This document shows positions 50,171 to 59,898 of a stretch of 64,000 bases of DNA, piece after piece. The notes beneath the pieces were generated by a model. The model was given only the letters and a program-made list of their open reading frames with translations, made no database searches and was not told the DNA's origin. Origin of the DNA: a virus (lineage: Duplodnaviria > Caudoviricetes); IMG/VR virus record IMGVR_UViG_3300021431_000075, positions 448,001 through 512,000 of that record. One strand, given 5' to 3'. The position numbers were made by a program, and so were the translations under genes. The number at the start of each line of letters is the position of its first letter. Within the stretch, counting starts at the first letter, position 1.

Positions 50171-50566
50171 TTAACTGTTTAGAAATTTCGGATGCGGGAT
50201 CACATCTGTTTTGAATGCCGGTTCGACGACGATGTAAACTCGGACAGTATCAATCTCGGAACCGTTCTCGATGAAGTCGAACCTGATTGTCTTGTGCGGT
50301 CTCATCGCTCCGTCATTCCCGGTTATCCAGATAATCGAGCCGGGTTCCGGAAGCAAGTTGCAGTGAAATTCTTCTACCAGTATGTTGATTTCTGGAATTT
50401 CGTCCTCATTGTTCGAGACTGAATAAGAGATTATGGACACTGGAAGTTCTTGGTTCCTGATATTCTCAAGTTCTTGCTCGTTCTCTCTGATGATTTCATC
50501 AGAGAGTCGTTCCTCCAGTTCTTCGTTCGTCTCTTTTCTGAACAGGTTCTTGAATAACAAGCTCAT
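50171..50566 (-). CDS. hypothetical protein
   Basis: ORF in operon. Confidence 0.7.
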   Translation of the reverse strand: MSLLFKNLFRKETNEELEERLSDEIIRENEQELENIRNQELPVSIISYSVSNNEDEIPEINILVEEFHCNLLPEPGSIIWITGNDGAMRPHKTIRFDFIENGSEIDTVRVYIVVEPAFKTDVIPHPKFLNS

Positions 50567-50576
50567 ATCGTATCTC

Positions 50577-50948
50577 CTACTCTTCTACAAGAGACCAGAG
50601 CAAGTACTGCTGCTGCTTGTTCTCCACGATTTCCATGAACGGTCTAATCTTGCTGAATTCGACATTGTTCATGTATGAGATGAACGTGTTCATCTCGCCG
50701 ATTTCCATCTTGTCTTTCTTCGCCTCGATGAACCTAACCAAGTCAACAAGCTTCTTTCTGTCGCCCTCATTGTTCGTGATGATGGTTCCGTATGGTAGCG
50801 AACCGAGCGCGTTGTTGATAAGACTCAGAAACTTGTCTGTACACTTGAGATAGTGCTTGTACGTCTTAGTCTGTGGCTCTGGCATTGCAGAGTCGTCATC
50901 CATGATGATGTTTCCTTTGATTTCCTTCTTCTTTGAATTAGTAGCCAT
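50577..50948 (-). CDS. hypothetical protein
   Basis: ORF in operon. Confidence 0.7.
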   Translation of the reverse strand: MATNSKKKEIKGNIIMDDDSAMPEPQTKTYKHYLKCTDKFLSLINNALGSLPYGTIITNNEGDRKKLVDLVRFIEAKKDKMEIGEMNTFISYMNNVEFSKIRPFMEIVENKQQQYLLWSLVEE

Positions 50949-50986
50949 TTTTCTTTCCTATTGTTTCTTTTATAATGTTTCTTTTT

Positions 50987-51445
50987 TCAATTGAACTTCG
51001 GCATTGCAGGAATTGACGGCATGTTTAGGTTTCCGAACGTGTTGTCGAACTTCGGCATCATCGCTTGTTGCTTTGCCATCATGCTTTCCATGCTTGCCTG
51101 CTGCTGTGCGATCATATCGTTCTGGTCTGTCTGTTCTCCGTTCTGCTTCTCGACGAATTCATTGTGCGCTTCGACAATCATTATGATTTCAAACCACGGC
51201 ATTCTGTTGAAGTCTGTCCATGAGACGTGGATGTCTCTTGAAAGAACATACATCAGGTCAGTCAGTTGCTTGTACGGAATCTTGAACAGATGAGACAGGT
51301 TGAACGTGTCAGAGCGGAAAAGTTCCGCAGCCGTATTTAGAAAAGTCCAGCTGCGGCTTTTCTTGATGAACTTCTCGTTCCAGTCATTATATACCCAGTT
51401 CCTCGTCCAAATCCAGGGTGAAAATTGCCTTGAGTCCGCCGCGAA
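50987..51445 (-). CDS. tail assembly chaperone, frameshifted C-terminal part
   Basis: frame of the 50987-51253 ORF is open 64 codons upstream to the TTT-CGC site at 51446-51441; DFNRMPWFE resembles chaperone GT-type domains. Confidence 0.6.
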   Translation of the reverse strand, partial: FAADSRQFSPWIWTRNWVYNDWNEKFIKKSRSWTFLNTAAELFRSDTFNLSHLFKIPYKQLTDLMYVLSRDIHVSWTDFNRMPWFEIIMIVEAHNEFVEKQNGEQTDQNDMIAQQQASMESMMAKQQAMMPKFDNTFGNLNMPSIPAMPKFN

Positions 51446-52409
51446 AGTTGAGCGGAGTCTCCTGCTCCGCGCCGCTACTGTCGTTGTATGTCATCTTCGG
51501 AGTGATTGCTTGTTCCAGTGCCGACTTGACTTTCGATATGAGAGACCAGTCTCTTATCGTATAGTTCATCGACTGTGACACAAGGTCGCTGTACGTCTTG
51601 TCCGATAGTTTCTTATAGTCGCTTACAAGAATCTGCGCGATTCTTATGAAGTCACGGTCAAACGGCTCTTGCATAGCCTGCTTCTTTGAGATGTACGTCT
51701 TGAACCACTGGATTGTTCCGATGGACGGTATATAGAAGTTCAACTGGTTTCTTTGAGGATTGTCCGACCTGAATGTAAAGCATCTCTTCTCCTCGTTATA
51801 GTACTTGAGGAGCCAGTCCGGAAGGTCTATGAAAGAAATATTGTCTTTCTTCACGATGACTGTGTCGTTCTCATTGAGGTTGATTTTCAGTTCATTGTGA
51901 CCTTCTGGGAAAGTGAAGTCCCTGATTGCAAGAATGATGTACAATCTGTCGATATCCTTGAGGTCTTTCCATTGTCCGATTCCGTATTCGGACGGGAACG
52001 AGATGATGCAGCAACGCTCGATGATGTAGTTGAGCGCGTCGTCAATCTCGGAAACATCCTTATCATCCATCATCGACCAGTGCCTGATGTCCGCTCCGGA
52101 TGCCGCACGGATGCTGATTTTTGTTCCGTTCGGATAGAATATGCCTCCGGATGGAAGGTCTTCGGTCGGAATCTGAATCCATCCGAGACCGAGTTCTCTT
52201 GTCTCGTTGAGAATCTCTTCGCGGCGGTTCTGCTGTGCCTCTGCAAGAGACATCTTCTCTACCGGCGGTTCCGGAGATTGTCCTTGTGGTTGCGAATTGC
52301 CGACTTTGGTAGCAGGACTCACGTTGCTTGATGCAGCGCGTTCTTGCTCTTCTTTCTTGGCATATTCCGCCATCACTTCTTCAATGGTTTTCTTTTGCTT
52401 ATCAGCCAT
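51387..52409 (-). CDS. baseplate hub/tail assembly chaperone-like protein
   Basis: LPSGGIFYP, IRAA, DRLYIILAIR..TF, PLNFRGG. Confidence 0.65.
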   Translation of the reverse strand: MADKQKKTIEEVMAEYAKKEEQERAASSNVSPATKVGNSQPQGQSPEPPVEKMSLAEAQQNRREEILNETRELGLGWIQIPTEDLPSGGIFYPNGTKISIRAASGADIRHWSMMDDKDVSEIDDALNYIIERCCIISFPSEYGIGQWKDLKDIDRLYIILAIRDFTFPEGHNELKINLNENDTVIVKKDNISFIDLPDWLLKYYNEEKRCFTFRSDNPQRNQLNFYIPSIGTIQWFKTYISKKQAMQEPFDRDFIRIAQILVSDYKKLSDKTYSDLVSQSMNYTIRDWSLISKVKSALEQAITPKMTYNDSSGAEQETPLNFRGGLKAIFTLDLDEELGI

Positions 52410-52516
52410 AATATTCTTATAGTTTCAAATTATATATCTTTATTTCTTATCAAATGTGTATAAGAGATGAGGACAATTTTGCATCTTTTTGGTTAAAAGC
52501 GCTCAATTGTTAAAAA

Positions 52517-52544
52517 GTATACAACAAAAGTGTTGGAAAGTTTA
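52517..52544 (-). promoter_or_regulatory. phage bipartite promoter TAAACT-N16-GTATAC
   Basis: upstream of the chaperone operon. Confidence 0.75.
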
Positions 52545-52552
52545 AAAAAACC

Positions 52553-54484
52553 TTATAGCCATGCTACATTTCCCTGATATAGCGTCGTTTCTTGTCCTGC
52601 CGAGTCTCCGGTGTCAGTCATGATTGCAAAGTATCTGTTTGCGGCGGGTACGCTCATAATCTGCTCTGCCTGTTCGCCTGTTATGTAGAAAACGAGAGTT
52701 CCGATACCGAGATTTTGCTTGGTTGAGTCAGGGTTCGGACTTATTGCCAATTTCTGTGTTCCGTCAAGCAACGGAAAGACAATCTTGTACTTGTACGGTC
52801 CTGTCAGGTCATAAGGAATCCTCGCATTGTCATCGTTGATATTGAACAGCTGGACAAGATAGTTGGAACTTGTCCTGTATAGCCTGAGCGTCATCTGTCC
52901 CTGGGTGTATATGTTCGCTCCGGTTCCGATGTTCTTTGCTACAAGGTTTGTCGAGTTGTAGTAGCTTCTTATGTACTTCTCTTTTATGTTCTCTTGTGGA
53001 GACACGATGTTATGTGTCGTTCTGTTAATCTTGTTGACAATCTTGTATGTGTTGACATTCAGATAGTTCTTGATGTCGTCCATATAGTTGTTCGCGTCAA
53101 CTGTCAGTGTCGCTATTCTGATAGCCTCGATTGCCTTATATACGTTCACGAGCCTGCAAGTGTACTTGAGACAGATTGCATATGCGCCGATTTTCTCGAT
53201 GATATTCTTGTTCGGGACGAATCTTGTTCTCCAGTACTCGACCGTGTTCATTTCCGCATTCTTGCTATAGTCGATGATTCTTGAATATGCCTCGTCATAA
53301 CCGTAGTCCGAATTTCCGACCTTATATACATAAGTGACGTTCAAGTCGTTATATATTTTCCATTTGATTGGTCTGTCGTCCGAATCGTTGTTATAGTATA
53401 GAGAGTCGCCTCCGTAGTCAACATCGTTTATTTCATCATCCGCCGTGTTCAGGTCATAGAAACTGTTCGTTGTTACTGGAATAGCGCCAGCTTCTATCTG
53501 TGCCATGATGTTTCCGTCGAGTTCGTATGAGTTCGTGCTGTCGCCGTAAGTCGGATAGTATATGATTGAATGGTCGTTCGGGTCTTCGTATATCCTGACG
53601 TTGAAGTAGTCTGAAGATACTTCCGGATTCATAGACGCGGAAACGACCGAGTCTGTCGTGAAACGAACGGCGGATAATTCAAAACTTCCGATGCGCACTT
53701 TGGCTGTGGCATCTGACTTTCCTGATGATACAGTTGCAAAGTCTATGATTGTGTTCGCGTTCGGATTCACCTTGTATTCGACATTGTCAAGAACGAAAGT
53801 GTAACTCGGGTTTATGGCATCTGCATAGTCCTTGAGAGCGATTCCGTACAGGGACGGAAACTCTATCGTGATGTATCTGTCATAGAACTTCGAGTTCATG
53901 AACAGCGGAGACTTCAGATAGCGGATGATGGTCCTGTTCTGGCTGTCTGTCGTGACTCCGTTGAAAAGGTCCTTGCTGACATATCCGCAGAAGATGGTCG
54001 CATCTGTTTCCTTCGTATAGCGCCTGCCGTCGTCCTCGTTGATGTCATAATTTGCTTTAGACTTCACCTGTAGAGTGAATCCGTCTATGTTGTCGAAGTT
54101 GAAGCCCCTGATGAAATAGATGTTTATCTGGTCATAGTAGAAACCGGCATTCGTTTTTTCTTCCGAGTACTTTACTACTGACGAAGTCTGATAGTTCATC
54201 GCATTCGCTATCGTTATTCTTGAGTCTGTTATGTGCTCGAAAGATGTTCCGTTCTCATCCGGATACATCTGGTAAATGGACATGTTCTTGTAGTAGTCTG
54301 CAGATGATGTGTATTTCGGTGCTTCCGTGTAGTATATGTTGTCATCGTTTCCCTTGTATATGTAATATCTGCTCGGCTGCGTGTAGCCGTCGATGCCCTG
54401 ATTGTTGATGATGTTGTACTGGTTGCTTCTATATTCAAGAAGAATCTGCGGAGTTACTCTATAGAAATTGGATGTGATAGCCAT
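52553..54484 (-). CDS. putative virion structural protein
   Basis: 643-aa beta-rich ORF; AATAAATA at 54509-54516. Confidence 0.7.
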   Translation of the reverse strand: MAITSNFYRVTPQILLEYRSNQYNIINNQGIDGYTQPSRYYIYKGNDDNIYYTEAPKYTSSADYYKNMSIYQMYPDENGTSFEHITDSRITIANAMNYQTSSVVKYSEEKTNAGFYYDQINIYFIRGFNFDNIDGFTLQVKSKANYDINEDDGRRYTKETDATIFCGYVSKDLFNGVTTDSQNRTIIRYLKSPLFMNSKFYDRYITIEFPSLYGIALKDYADAINPSYTFVLDNVEYKVNPNANTIIDFATVSSGKSDATAKVRIGSFELSAVRFTTDSVVSASMNPEVSSDYFNVRIYEDPNDHSIIYYPTYGDSTNSYELDGNIMAQIEAGAIPVTTNSFYDLNTADDEINDVDYGGDSLYYNNDSDDRPIKWKIYNDLNVTYVYKVGNSDYGYDEAYSRIIDYSKNAEMNTVEYWRTRFVPNKNIIEKIGAYAICLKYTCRLVNVYKAIEAIRIATLTVDANNYMDDIKNYLNVNTYKIVNKINRTTHNIVSPQENIKEKYIRSYYNSTNLVAKNIGTGANIYTQGQMTLRLYRTSSNYLVQLFNINDDNARIPYDLTGPYKYKIVFPLLDGTQKLAISPNPDSTKQNLGIGTLVFYITGEQAEQIMSVPAANRYFAIMTDTGDSAGQETTLYQGNVAWL

Positions 54485-54629
54485 GCTTTTTGAACATTTA
54501 TTGTTTAGTATTTATTTTAGTAATTGTATATTTTTATATTATAAACAATCAAAACTGCATAAAATATTCAATTATTTATATGTGAAAATATTGAGTCGAT
54601 GAGACTTATAATGTATAATTTTATAACAC

Positions 54630-56006
54630 TTAATGAAACCATTCATCAAGCCAATTGTTCATCTTTGCAACAATATATGCTCTATTAGACTTATAATAAA
54701 AATCACGTTTTGTTTTATATTTTTTTGATTCTTCATAACAAGTTTCATAATTCCAATAATTTTTTGGTTTTTTGATAAACCAATTATAATCATAAATCCA
54801 TTTGTTTTTACATGAAGTATGATATGCTGTTTGGTTACCTTTTTTGAATTCTCCACTTGTTCTATATTTTTTTGCTTCTTTGTAACAAGTTTCATAATTC
54901 CATTTTCCTTTTCCGATGCTACCAATCGAACCTGTTTTTGCTTTGTTCAATATAACCCATCCATTTTCTTTATATCTTTTTAGCCAGTATTCTTCTTTAA
55001 TCGCACCTTCTTTTATTGTTAGATTTGTTTCAAGAATCTTCATCTGTGGAACAGCAATATTATGTTTCTTGGCAAAAGAAGAAACACTATCTAAATCATA
55101 TATATGCTCTTTGTCTCTTATTTTTGCTCTCTTTACTAATGTTCTTCCAATATATGCTGAATTTTGTTCTTTAAATTCATAAACATAAACACAATCTATT
55201 TTATCTTTATATAAGTCAAATCTAATATCTTTGAGCCATTTATAATCATCAATCCATTTGTTTTTATGTGCAGCAAAGTATGCATATTGATTCTCATTTT
55301 TAAATTCACCTCTGGAACTGTATTTTTTTGCTTCGTTGTAACAGTTTTCATAATTCCAAAACCCATTTGGTTTTGCTATTTGTTCAAACCAAGTGTAATC
55401 ATCAATCCACTTGTTTTTGAATGCTGCTTTGTATGCTGATTGACAACCTTTTTGAAAATTTTTTCTTGTTTTATATTTTTTTGCTTCTTCGTAACAAGTT
55501 TCATAATTCCATTTTTGTTTTGTTTTTGATGGAGCAAACCAGATATAATCATCAATCCATTTGTTTCTAAGTGCAACATCATATGCGCTGTTACAATTTT
55601 TACTAAATTCATTTCTGGAACTGTATTTTTTTGCTTCATTGTAACAGTTTTCATAATTCCAAAACCCATTTGGTTTTGCTATTTGCTCAAACCAAGTGTA
55701 ATTATCAAGCCACTTGTTTTTTAATGCCGCATTGTATGCACCACTACTTCCTTTTTGAAATTTTTTTCTTGTTTTATATTTTTTTGCTTCTTCGTAACAA
55801 GCTTCATAATTCCATTTTATTTGGTTTAATGAACGTAATTTAATTCCATCGTCAAACCAATCATAATCATCAATCCAATTGTTTCGTCTTGCACCATTAT
55901 AAGCACTGTTATTGCTATGCTTAAATTCATTTCTTGTCTTATATTTTTGGGCTTCTGTATAACAATGATTATAGTTATCCCAATAACCTTTAGGGTTTCT
56001 TTTCAT
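54630..56006 (-). mobile_element. free-standing GIY-YIG (homing-type) endonuclease with seven ~50-aa repeats
   Basis: CVYVYEF...AYIGRT...R..EH...E..W...Y...G..ILN flanked by 5+2 WNYExCYxEAKKY repeats; very AT-rich. Confidence 0.8.
55311..55817. repeat. 303-bp-period internal direct duplication
   Basis: TCTGGAACTGTATTTTTTTGCTTC... at 55311 and 55614, near-identical for ~200 bp. Confidence 0.85.
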
Positions 56007-56116
56007 ATTTAATTATTTTTTTAAATTTATCTTGATTTTATGTTTAATGAAATCTTGATTTTCAGCACAGAAAAAGCCGGCATTCAACTTAAGATGACCG
56101 GCTTGTTCTATAATAT

Positions 56117-56884
56117 TTAAAAGTTGATGATTCCGTATCCGACTCCGATTCCGATGTATGGTTTGAACTTCATGTCGCTTGTGAGACCGAAACCGACTTG
56201 CGGTCCTATGTGCCATCTTTTCTGCTTGAACTTTGACTTGATGACTGCGCTTTGTGTCGGGTCGATGACTGCTCCGGTTATGTCATTTATCTTTACAAAC
56301 GGGTTCTCGCTCCTTGCTATGAACTTGAGCTGCTTGTCGCGCTCAATCAAATCAACGGTCAAGTCAACCGGGATGTACAGGTTCGTAATAGTTGTCGAGA
56401 ATCCTGAGAAGTCCGATGCAACATCTGTGATGCCGGAAATCGAATAGTAGTAGTCAGGATGCGTGCTGTGCCAGTGTAGTTGCCTTTGTGTGGAGTCCGC
56501 GTCTGCCACGACTATAGAGTCTGCATCCGCATAGATGGTGTCCGTGTGGAAGTACTGCTTGATTTTGGTAATCGTGACCGGATGGTCTTTCAGGTTTCTG
56601 ACTTCGTCTGCAAGTTCGTCGTTTTGTTGCTTCAGTTCGTCAATCGTCTTGATGTATGTGTTCTTTGCAACATATTCCTCGTTCAGTTTGTTCTTGTATA
56701 TCTCAATCGAGTCGTTGACGATGACGACAGGCTTTAGAGAGCGCTTATAGTAGTGTCTTGCTGCAAGTATTCCTGCTGTTGCTGCAACAACAAGTATGAA
56801 GATAATCCAGTCTTTGACTGTCATTTTCTTCGCTACGGCAAGAATCCATTCAATCACTTGTGCTGCTATTGCTGTTAAGTTCAT
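56117..56884 (-). CDS. membrane-anchored lysis accessory (spanin-like) protein
   Basis: N-terminal TM helix, coiled coil, C-terminal beta hairpin KRWHIGPQVGFG...YIGIGVGY; adjacent to lysozyme. Confidence 0.6.
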   Translation of the reverse strand: MNLTAIAAQVIEWILAVAKKMTVKDWIIFILVVAATAGILAARHYYKRSLKPVVIVNDSIEIYKNKLNEEYVAKNTYIKTIDELKQQNDELADEVRNLKDHPVTITKIKQYFHTDTIYADADSIVVADADSTQRQLHWHSTHPDYYYSISGITDVASDFSGFSTTITNLYIPVDLTVDLIERDKQLKFIARSENPFVKINDITGAVIDPTQSAVIKSKFKQKRWHIGPQVGFGLTSDMKFKPYIGIGVGYGIINF

Positions 56885-56910
56885 CTTGTATGAATGTATT
56901 TTAATGATTT

Positions 56911-57369
56911 TTAATTAGTTGCATTATGTTTTATGTATTCATCACAGTCGAAGTACATCTTGATTTCGCTTTTTCTTCTATCAATAAGAGACTTGTTCTT
57001 TCCGCCGGATGTGTATGTGTACTTCCAGAAGTCTCGCAGACCGTCATCATAAGGGTTCTTCTGAATCATTCTTCCAAGATCCGTGTTGGAAATGTTTCCG
57101 ACATTGAGAGCGAAAGAGAAGCAGGCATCGAACATGTTCTGGAACATGAACTTCTCGTCATAAATCAGGTTTACGTCATCTTCTATCGCTTTGTTGTCCT
57201 CGTAGAACATTTCTTTCAGTTCATCATCGGAGTATATTTTTGATTCGTCGATGTCGTCGCCCGTATGGTTGATTCCGACCACAAGAGTTCCGGACTGGTT
57301 TCTGTACGGCTTGTTCGAGTACGGCTCCAGACTCTTTATGAATTCATATCCCTTGTCACTCAGACGCAT
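56911..57369 (-). CDS. GH24 phage lysozyme (endolysin), divergent
   Basis: LSDKGYEFIKSLE..PY....G...G..H, QNMFDACFSFALNVG, LIDRRKSE. Confidence 0.75.
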   Translation of the reverse strand: MRLSDKGYEFIKSLEPYSNKPYRNQSGTLVVGINHTGDDIDESKIYSDDELKEMFYEDNKAIEDDVNLIYDEKFMFQNMFDACFSFALNVGNISNTDLGRMIQKNPYDDGLRDFWKYTYTSGGKNKSLIDRRKSEIKMYFDCDEYIKHNATN

Positions 57370-57483
57370 TGTTTATATTATGTTTGAGTTATTTATCAAT
57401 GTGGCTGGAGTGATTTCTATTAAGAGATTTTTGTTTTGAAAAGCAAAAAGCAGATGCGTTGAACATCTGCTTTTCCTATTTTC

Positions 57484-58164
57484 TTATAAATTCGTCATAA
57501 TGATTTGTGTCACAAGTTCATTGAGTTGCTCTGGGGCTTTCGTCCAGAATTCTTCATAAGTTGCTGCAGTGTCATTTAGAACAGCATCACTCACGATTCT
57601 TACAGAAACGAAAGGTTTTGAGTATCTGTAGCAAGTTTGTGCAATCGAAGCGGACTCCATGTCGATGCCTATCGAGTTCATAAAGTTGTCATATATGGCA
57701 ATAGCCTTGTATTTTGTATCTACAAACCAGTCTCCGCTAACCACATAGCCTTTGTGTATGTTGAACTTCTTGTCCAGTTTGCTTGTGTCTATGTCGATGC
57801 ATTTGAACTTTGCTGGAAGATCTTGAACTTGTCCCAAGTCGTTCGGCACGCCGCACCACATATCATGGTATCCGACTTCTTCCGCTATGATGAAGTCTCC
57901 CGGAATGATTCCGTTTGGCTTCAGAGTTCCGCACACTCCGCTTGATATGATGAAATCTACATTGAATGTCTCAATCATCTTCATCGTGCAAAGTGCCGAG
58001 TTCACTTTTCCTATTCCGGACTTTGACACTATGATTATGTGTTCATCGTCAACAGAACCGATATAGAAGTCGAATAACCCCTTATTCTCATGGACTAATG
58101 AAAACTTGTTCTTGAAAAGTTCAAGTTCTTTGTCCATTGCTACTATTAAACCGATTGATTTCAT
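57484..58164 (-). CDS. mtnN: 5'-methylthioadenosine/S-adenosylhomocysteine nucleosidase
   Basis: IGLIVAMDKE, SGIGKVNSA, SGDWF, DMESASIAQTC, RIVSD. Confidence 0.93.
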   Translation of the reverse strand: MKSIGLIVAMDKELELFKNKFSLVHENKGLFDFYIGSVDDEHIIIVSKSGIGKVNSALCTMKMIETFNVDFIISSGVCGTLKPNGIIPGDFIIAEEVGYHDMWCGVPNDLGQVQDLPAKFKCIDIDTSKLDKKFNIHKGYVVSGDWFVDTKYKAIAIYDNFMNSIGIDMESASIAQTCYRYSKPFVSVRIVSDAVLNDTAATYEEFWTKAPEQLNELVTQIIMTNL

Positions 58165-58186
58165 ACTAAACTATTTTTCTTGGATA

Positions 58187-58214
58187 GTATACAGAAAAAT
58201 AGCGGTTTGGTTTA
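58187..58214 (-). promoter_or_regulatory. phage bipartite promoter TAAACC-N16-GTATAC
   Basis: upstream of mtnN. Confidence 0.75.
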
Positions 58215-58225
58215 AAATAAGACGG

Positions 58226-58558
58226 TTATTTTGTTTGTGTTTCTGCAAAATTAAAGCCGAACCCGCACAGTGAAAGCAGAAGAAGCGTTCTGTTGAACTC
58301 ATTTAATGTGAGTTCCTTGTGACCTTTCAAATCAACCATGTGAATGCGCATCTGGTTCACGTCAAGCGCCCTGCCGTCCTTATAGACTCCCATTACATAG
58401 TCGAATGCATCCAAAAAGAATTTGACCGACTTCTTGTCAAGTTCCGGACTCTCTATAATCTTGTCCCTGAACCTTATTGCTGATTCTTCAAAGGAAAGTC
58501 CTTCAAAACCAGCTTTCCACTCATCTATGTCGTCATTTTGTTTCTTTTTGTCAATCAT
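58226..58558 (-). CDS. hypothetical protein
   Basis: 110-aa ORF; AATAAATA at 58585-58592. Confidence 0.7.
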   Translation of the reverse strand: MIDKKKQNDDIDEWKAGFEGLSFEESAIRFRDKIIESPELDKKSVKFFLDAFDYVMGVYKDGRALDVNQMRIHMVDLKGHKELTLNEFNRTLLLLSLCGFGFNFAETQTK

Positions 58559-58653
58559 TGCCTTAAAATATAATTTATTCCAACTATTTATTTGAAAAGA
58601 GCAGGGAACCTTAAAAACAGTTCTCTGCTCTTATCTGTTTGTGTTTATCTGGT

Positions 58654-59844
58654 TTAATAAGATTCGTCGTATATGATGAGCATGTTCTTCTTGATGAAGC
58701 ATCTCCATGCATGCTTTGTCATGTCATAGTATGTAATTATGTTCGGATTCTTGATTCTTTGCTGGTCCGGTGCAGCCTGTATGCTCGCGCCGTCTATTCT
58801 CGATAGAATTTCCGAAGATGTTGTTCCGAATGATTGCCTTTCGACGCCATTCTTCTTCTTGAAAACGAAATGGACGATTCCTTTGCTGAGAGTTTTCTTG
58901 AAAACTTCCGCATTGAAGAAAGTATCTTCACTTCGGTCTCTTCTCGGATTTTCAGAATCTACATATGTCATGATTTCCACTTCATAGTCATCCGGATCGT
59001 TGCCGAGCGTGATGCCGAGTTCTTCAGCGGTTTCCCTATAAGACGCCTTCCTTCCGGACCATTCGGTTCCATATGTCTCGTCGGTGCCTTCGTATATGTT
59101 GCCGTCCGCGCAATCTTTTGTTACTTTGTCATCTTTGATATCTGCGACAAGTTCTTCCATATTGTTGAACTCTCCGTCTGTCACGATATTGGATATGCGG
59201 TTCATGAACGCCGACTCGTCAGTAATCGTATTCGGGTCGATGATGTTGCCGTCCCGGTTTCCATCCGGCAATACAGAAATCTTGGGAACCACGTCAGATA
59301 TGCGCTTCACGTCCCAGAAACCGTGGATGATCTGGTCTATAGCGTCTGAAATCGAAGTCGCGTCAATCCATACTGTTACCACGTCATTGTCTATCGAGGA
59401 TATGTACTTGATGTAGTATGTAGTCTCGTTGAAATCGTCTGCATCCGGAAAGTTCGGAACAAGAGGATGTGTCACTCTTCTCGCCTGCGATTTCATCGGA
59501 GCAATCTCGCGGAGTCTCTGACTTACAGATACAGAATCCTGTTCAAGAGTATTGATGTCATAGTTGTGGCTGTTTGATGCTTCTATTGATGCTTCTCTTG
59601 CAACCCTCAGGTTAACCGGAACATCGTTCGGAGTCCCGACATTGCCTATGTTGATTGAGTATACGATGCCGTCCGCATATTTCTTGAAGTCAAGGAGTCT
59701 CTTTATGCACTTGAGATATTGCCAAGCTGATATTTTCCTGATATATGACTTGTTATTAAGCAGTTCTTCTTGCCTGTTGGCTGCACGCCTTGCAAGTTCT
59801 GGTGACATTTCATATAACTTCGAAGTATTTCTATCGCGTTTCAT
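58654..59844 (-). CDS. late protein with C-terminal SH3-like (WYL_2/DUF2693-type) barrel
   Basis: VHFVFKKKNGVERQSFGT...YYDMTKHAWRCF. Confidence 0.7.
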   Translation of the reverse strand: MKRDRNTSKLYEMSPELARRAANRQEELLNNKSYIRKISAWQYLKCIKRLLDFKKYADGIVYSINIGNVGTPNDVPVNLRVAREASIEASNSHNYDINTLEQDSVSVSQRLREIAPMKSQARRVTHPLVPNFPDADDFNETTYYIKYISSIDNDVVTVWIDATSISDAIDQIIHGFWDVKRISDVVPKISVLPDGNRDGNIIDPNTITDESAFMNRISNIVTDGEFNNMEELVADIKDDKVTKDCADGNIYEGTDETYGTEWSGRKASYRETAEELGITLGNDPDDYEVEIMTYVDSENPRRDRSEDTFFNAEVFKKTLSKGIVHFVFKKKNGVERQSFGTTSSEILSRIDGASIQAAPDQQRIKNPNIITYYDMTKHAWRCFIKKNMLIIYDESY

Positions 59845-59898
59845 AATTATGTAATTGTTTCGATTAAATTATAAGATATTTATTTAGTTGATGTTGCA

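Noticed and set aside
51331-51387. Mini-ORF MTGTRSSSRKAAAGLF overlapping the chaperone stop (TAATG)
   Set aside because: 16 codons, lying inside the better-supported +1 frame extension
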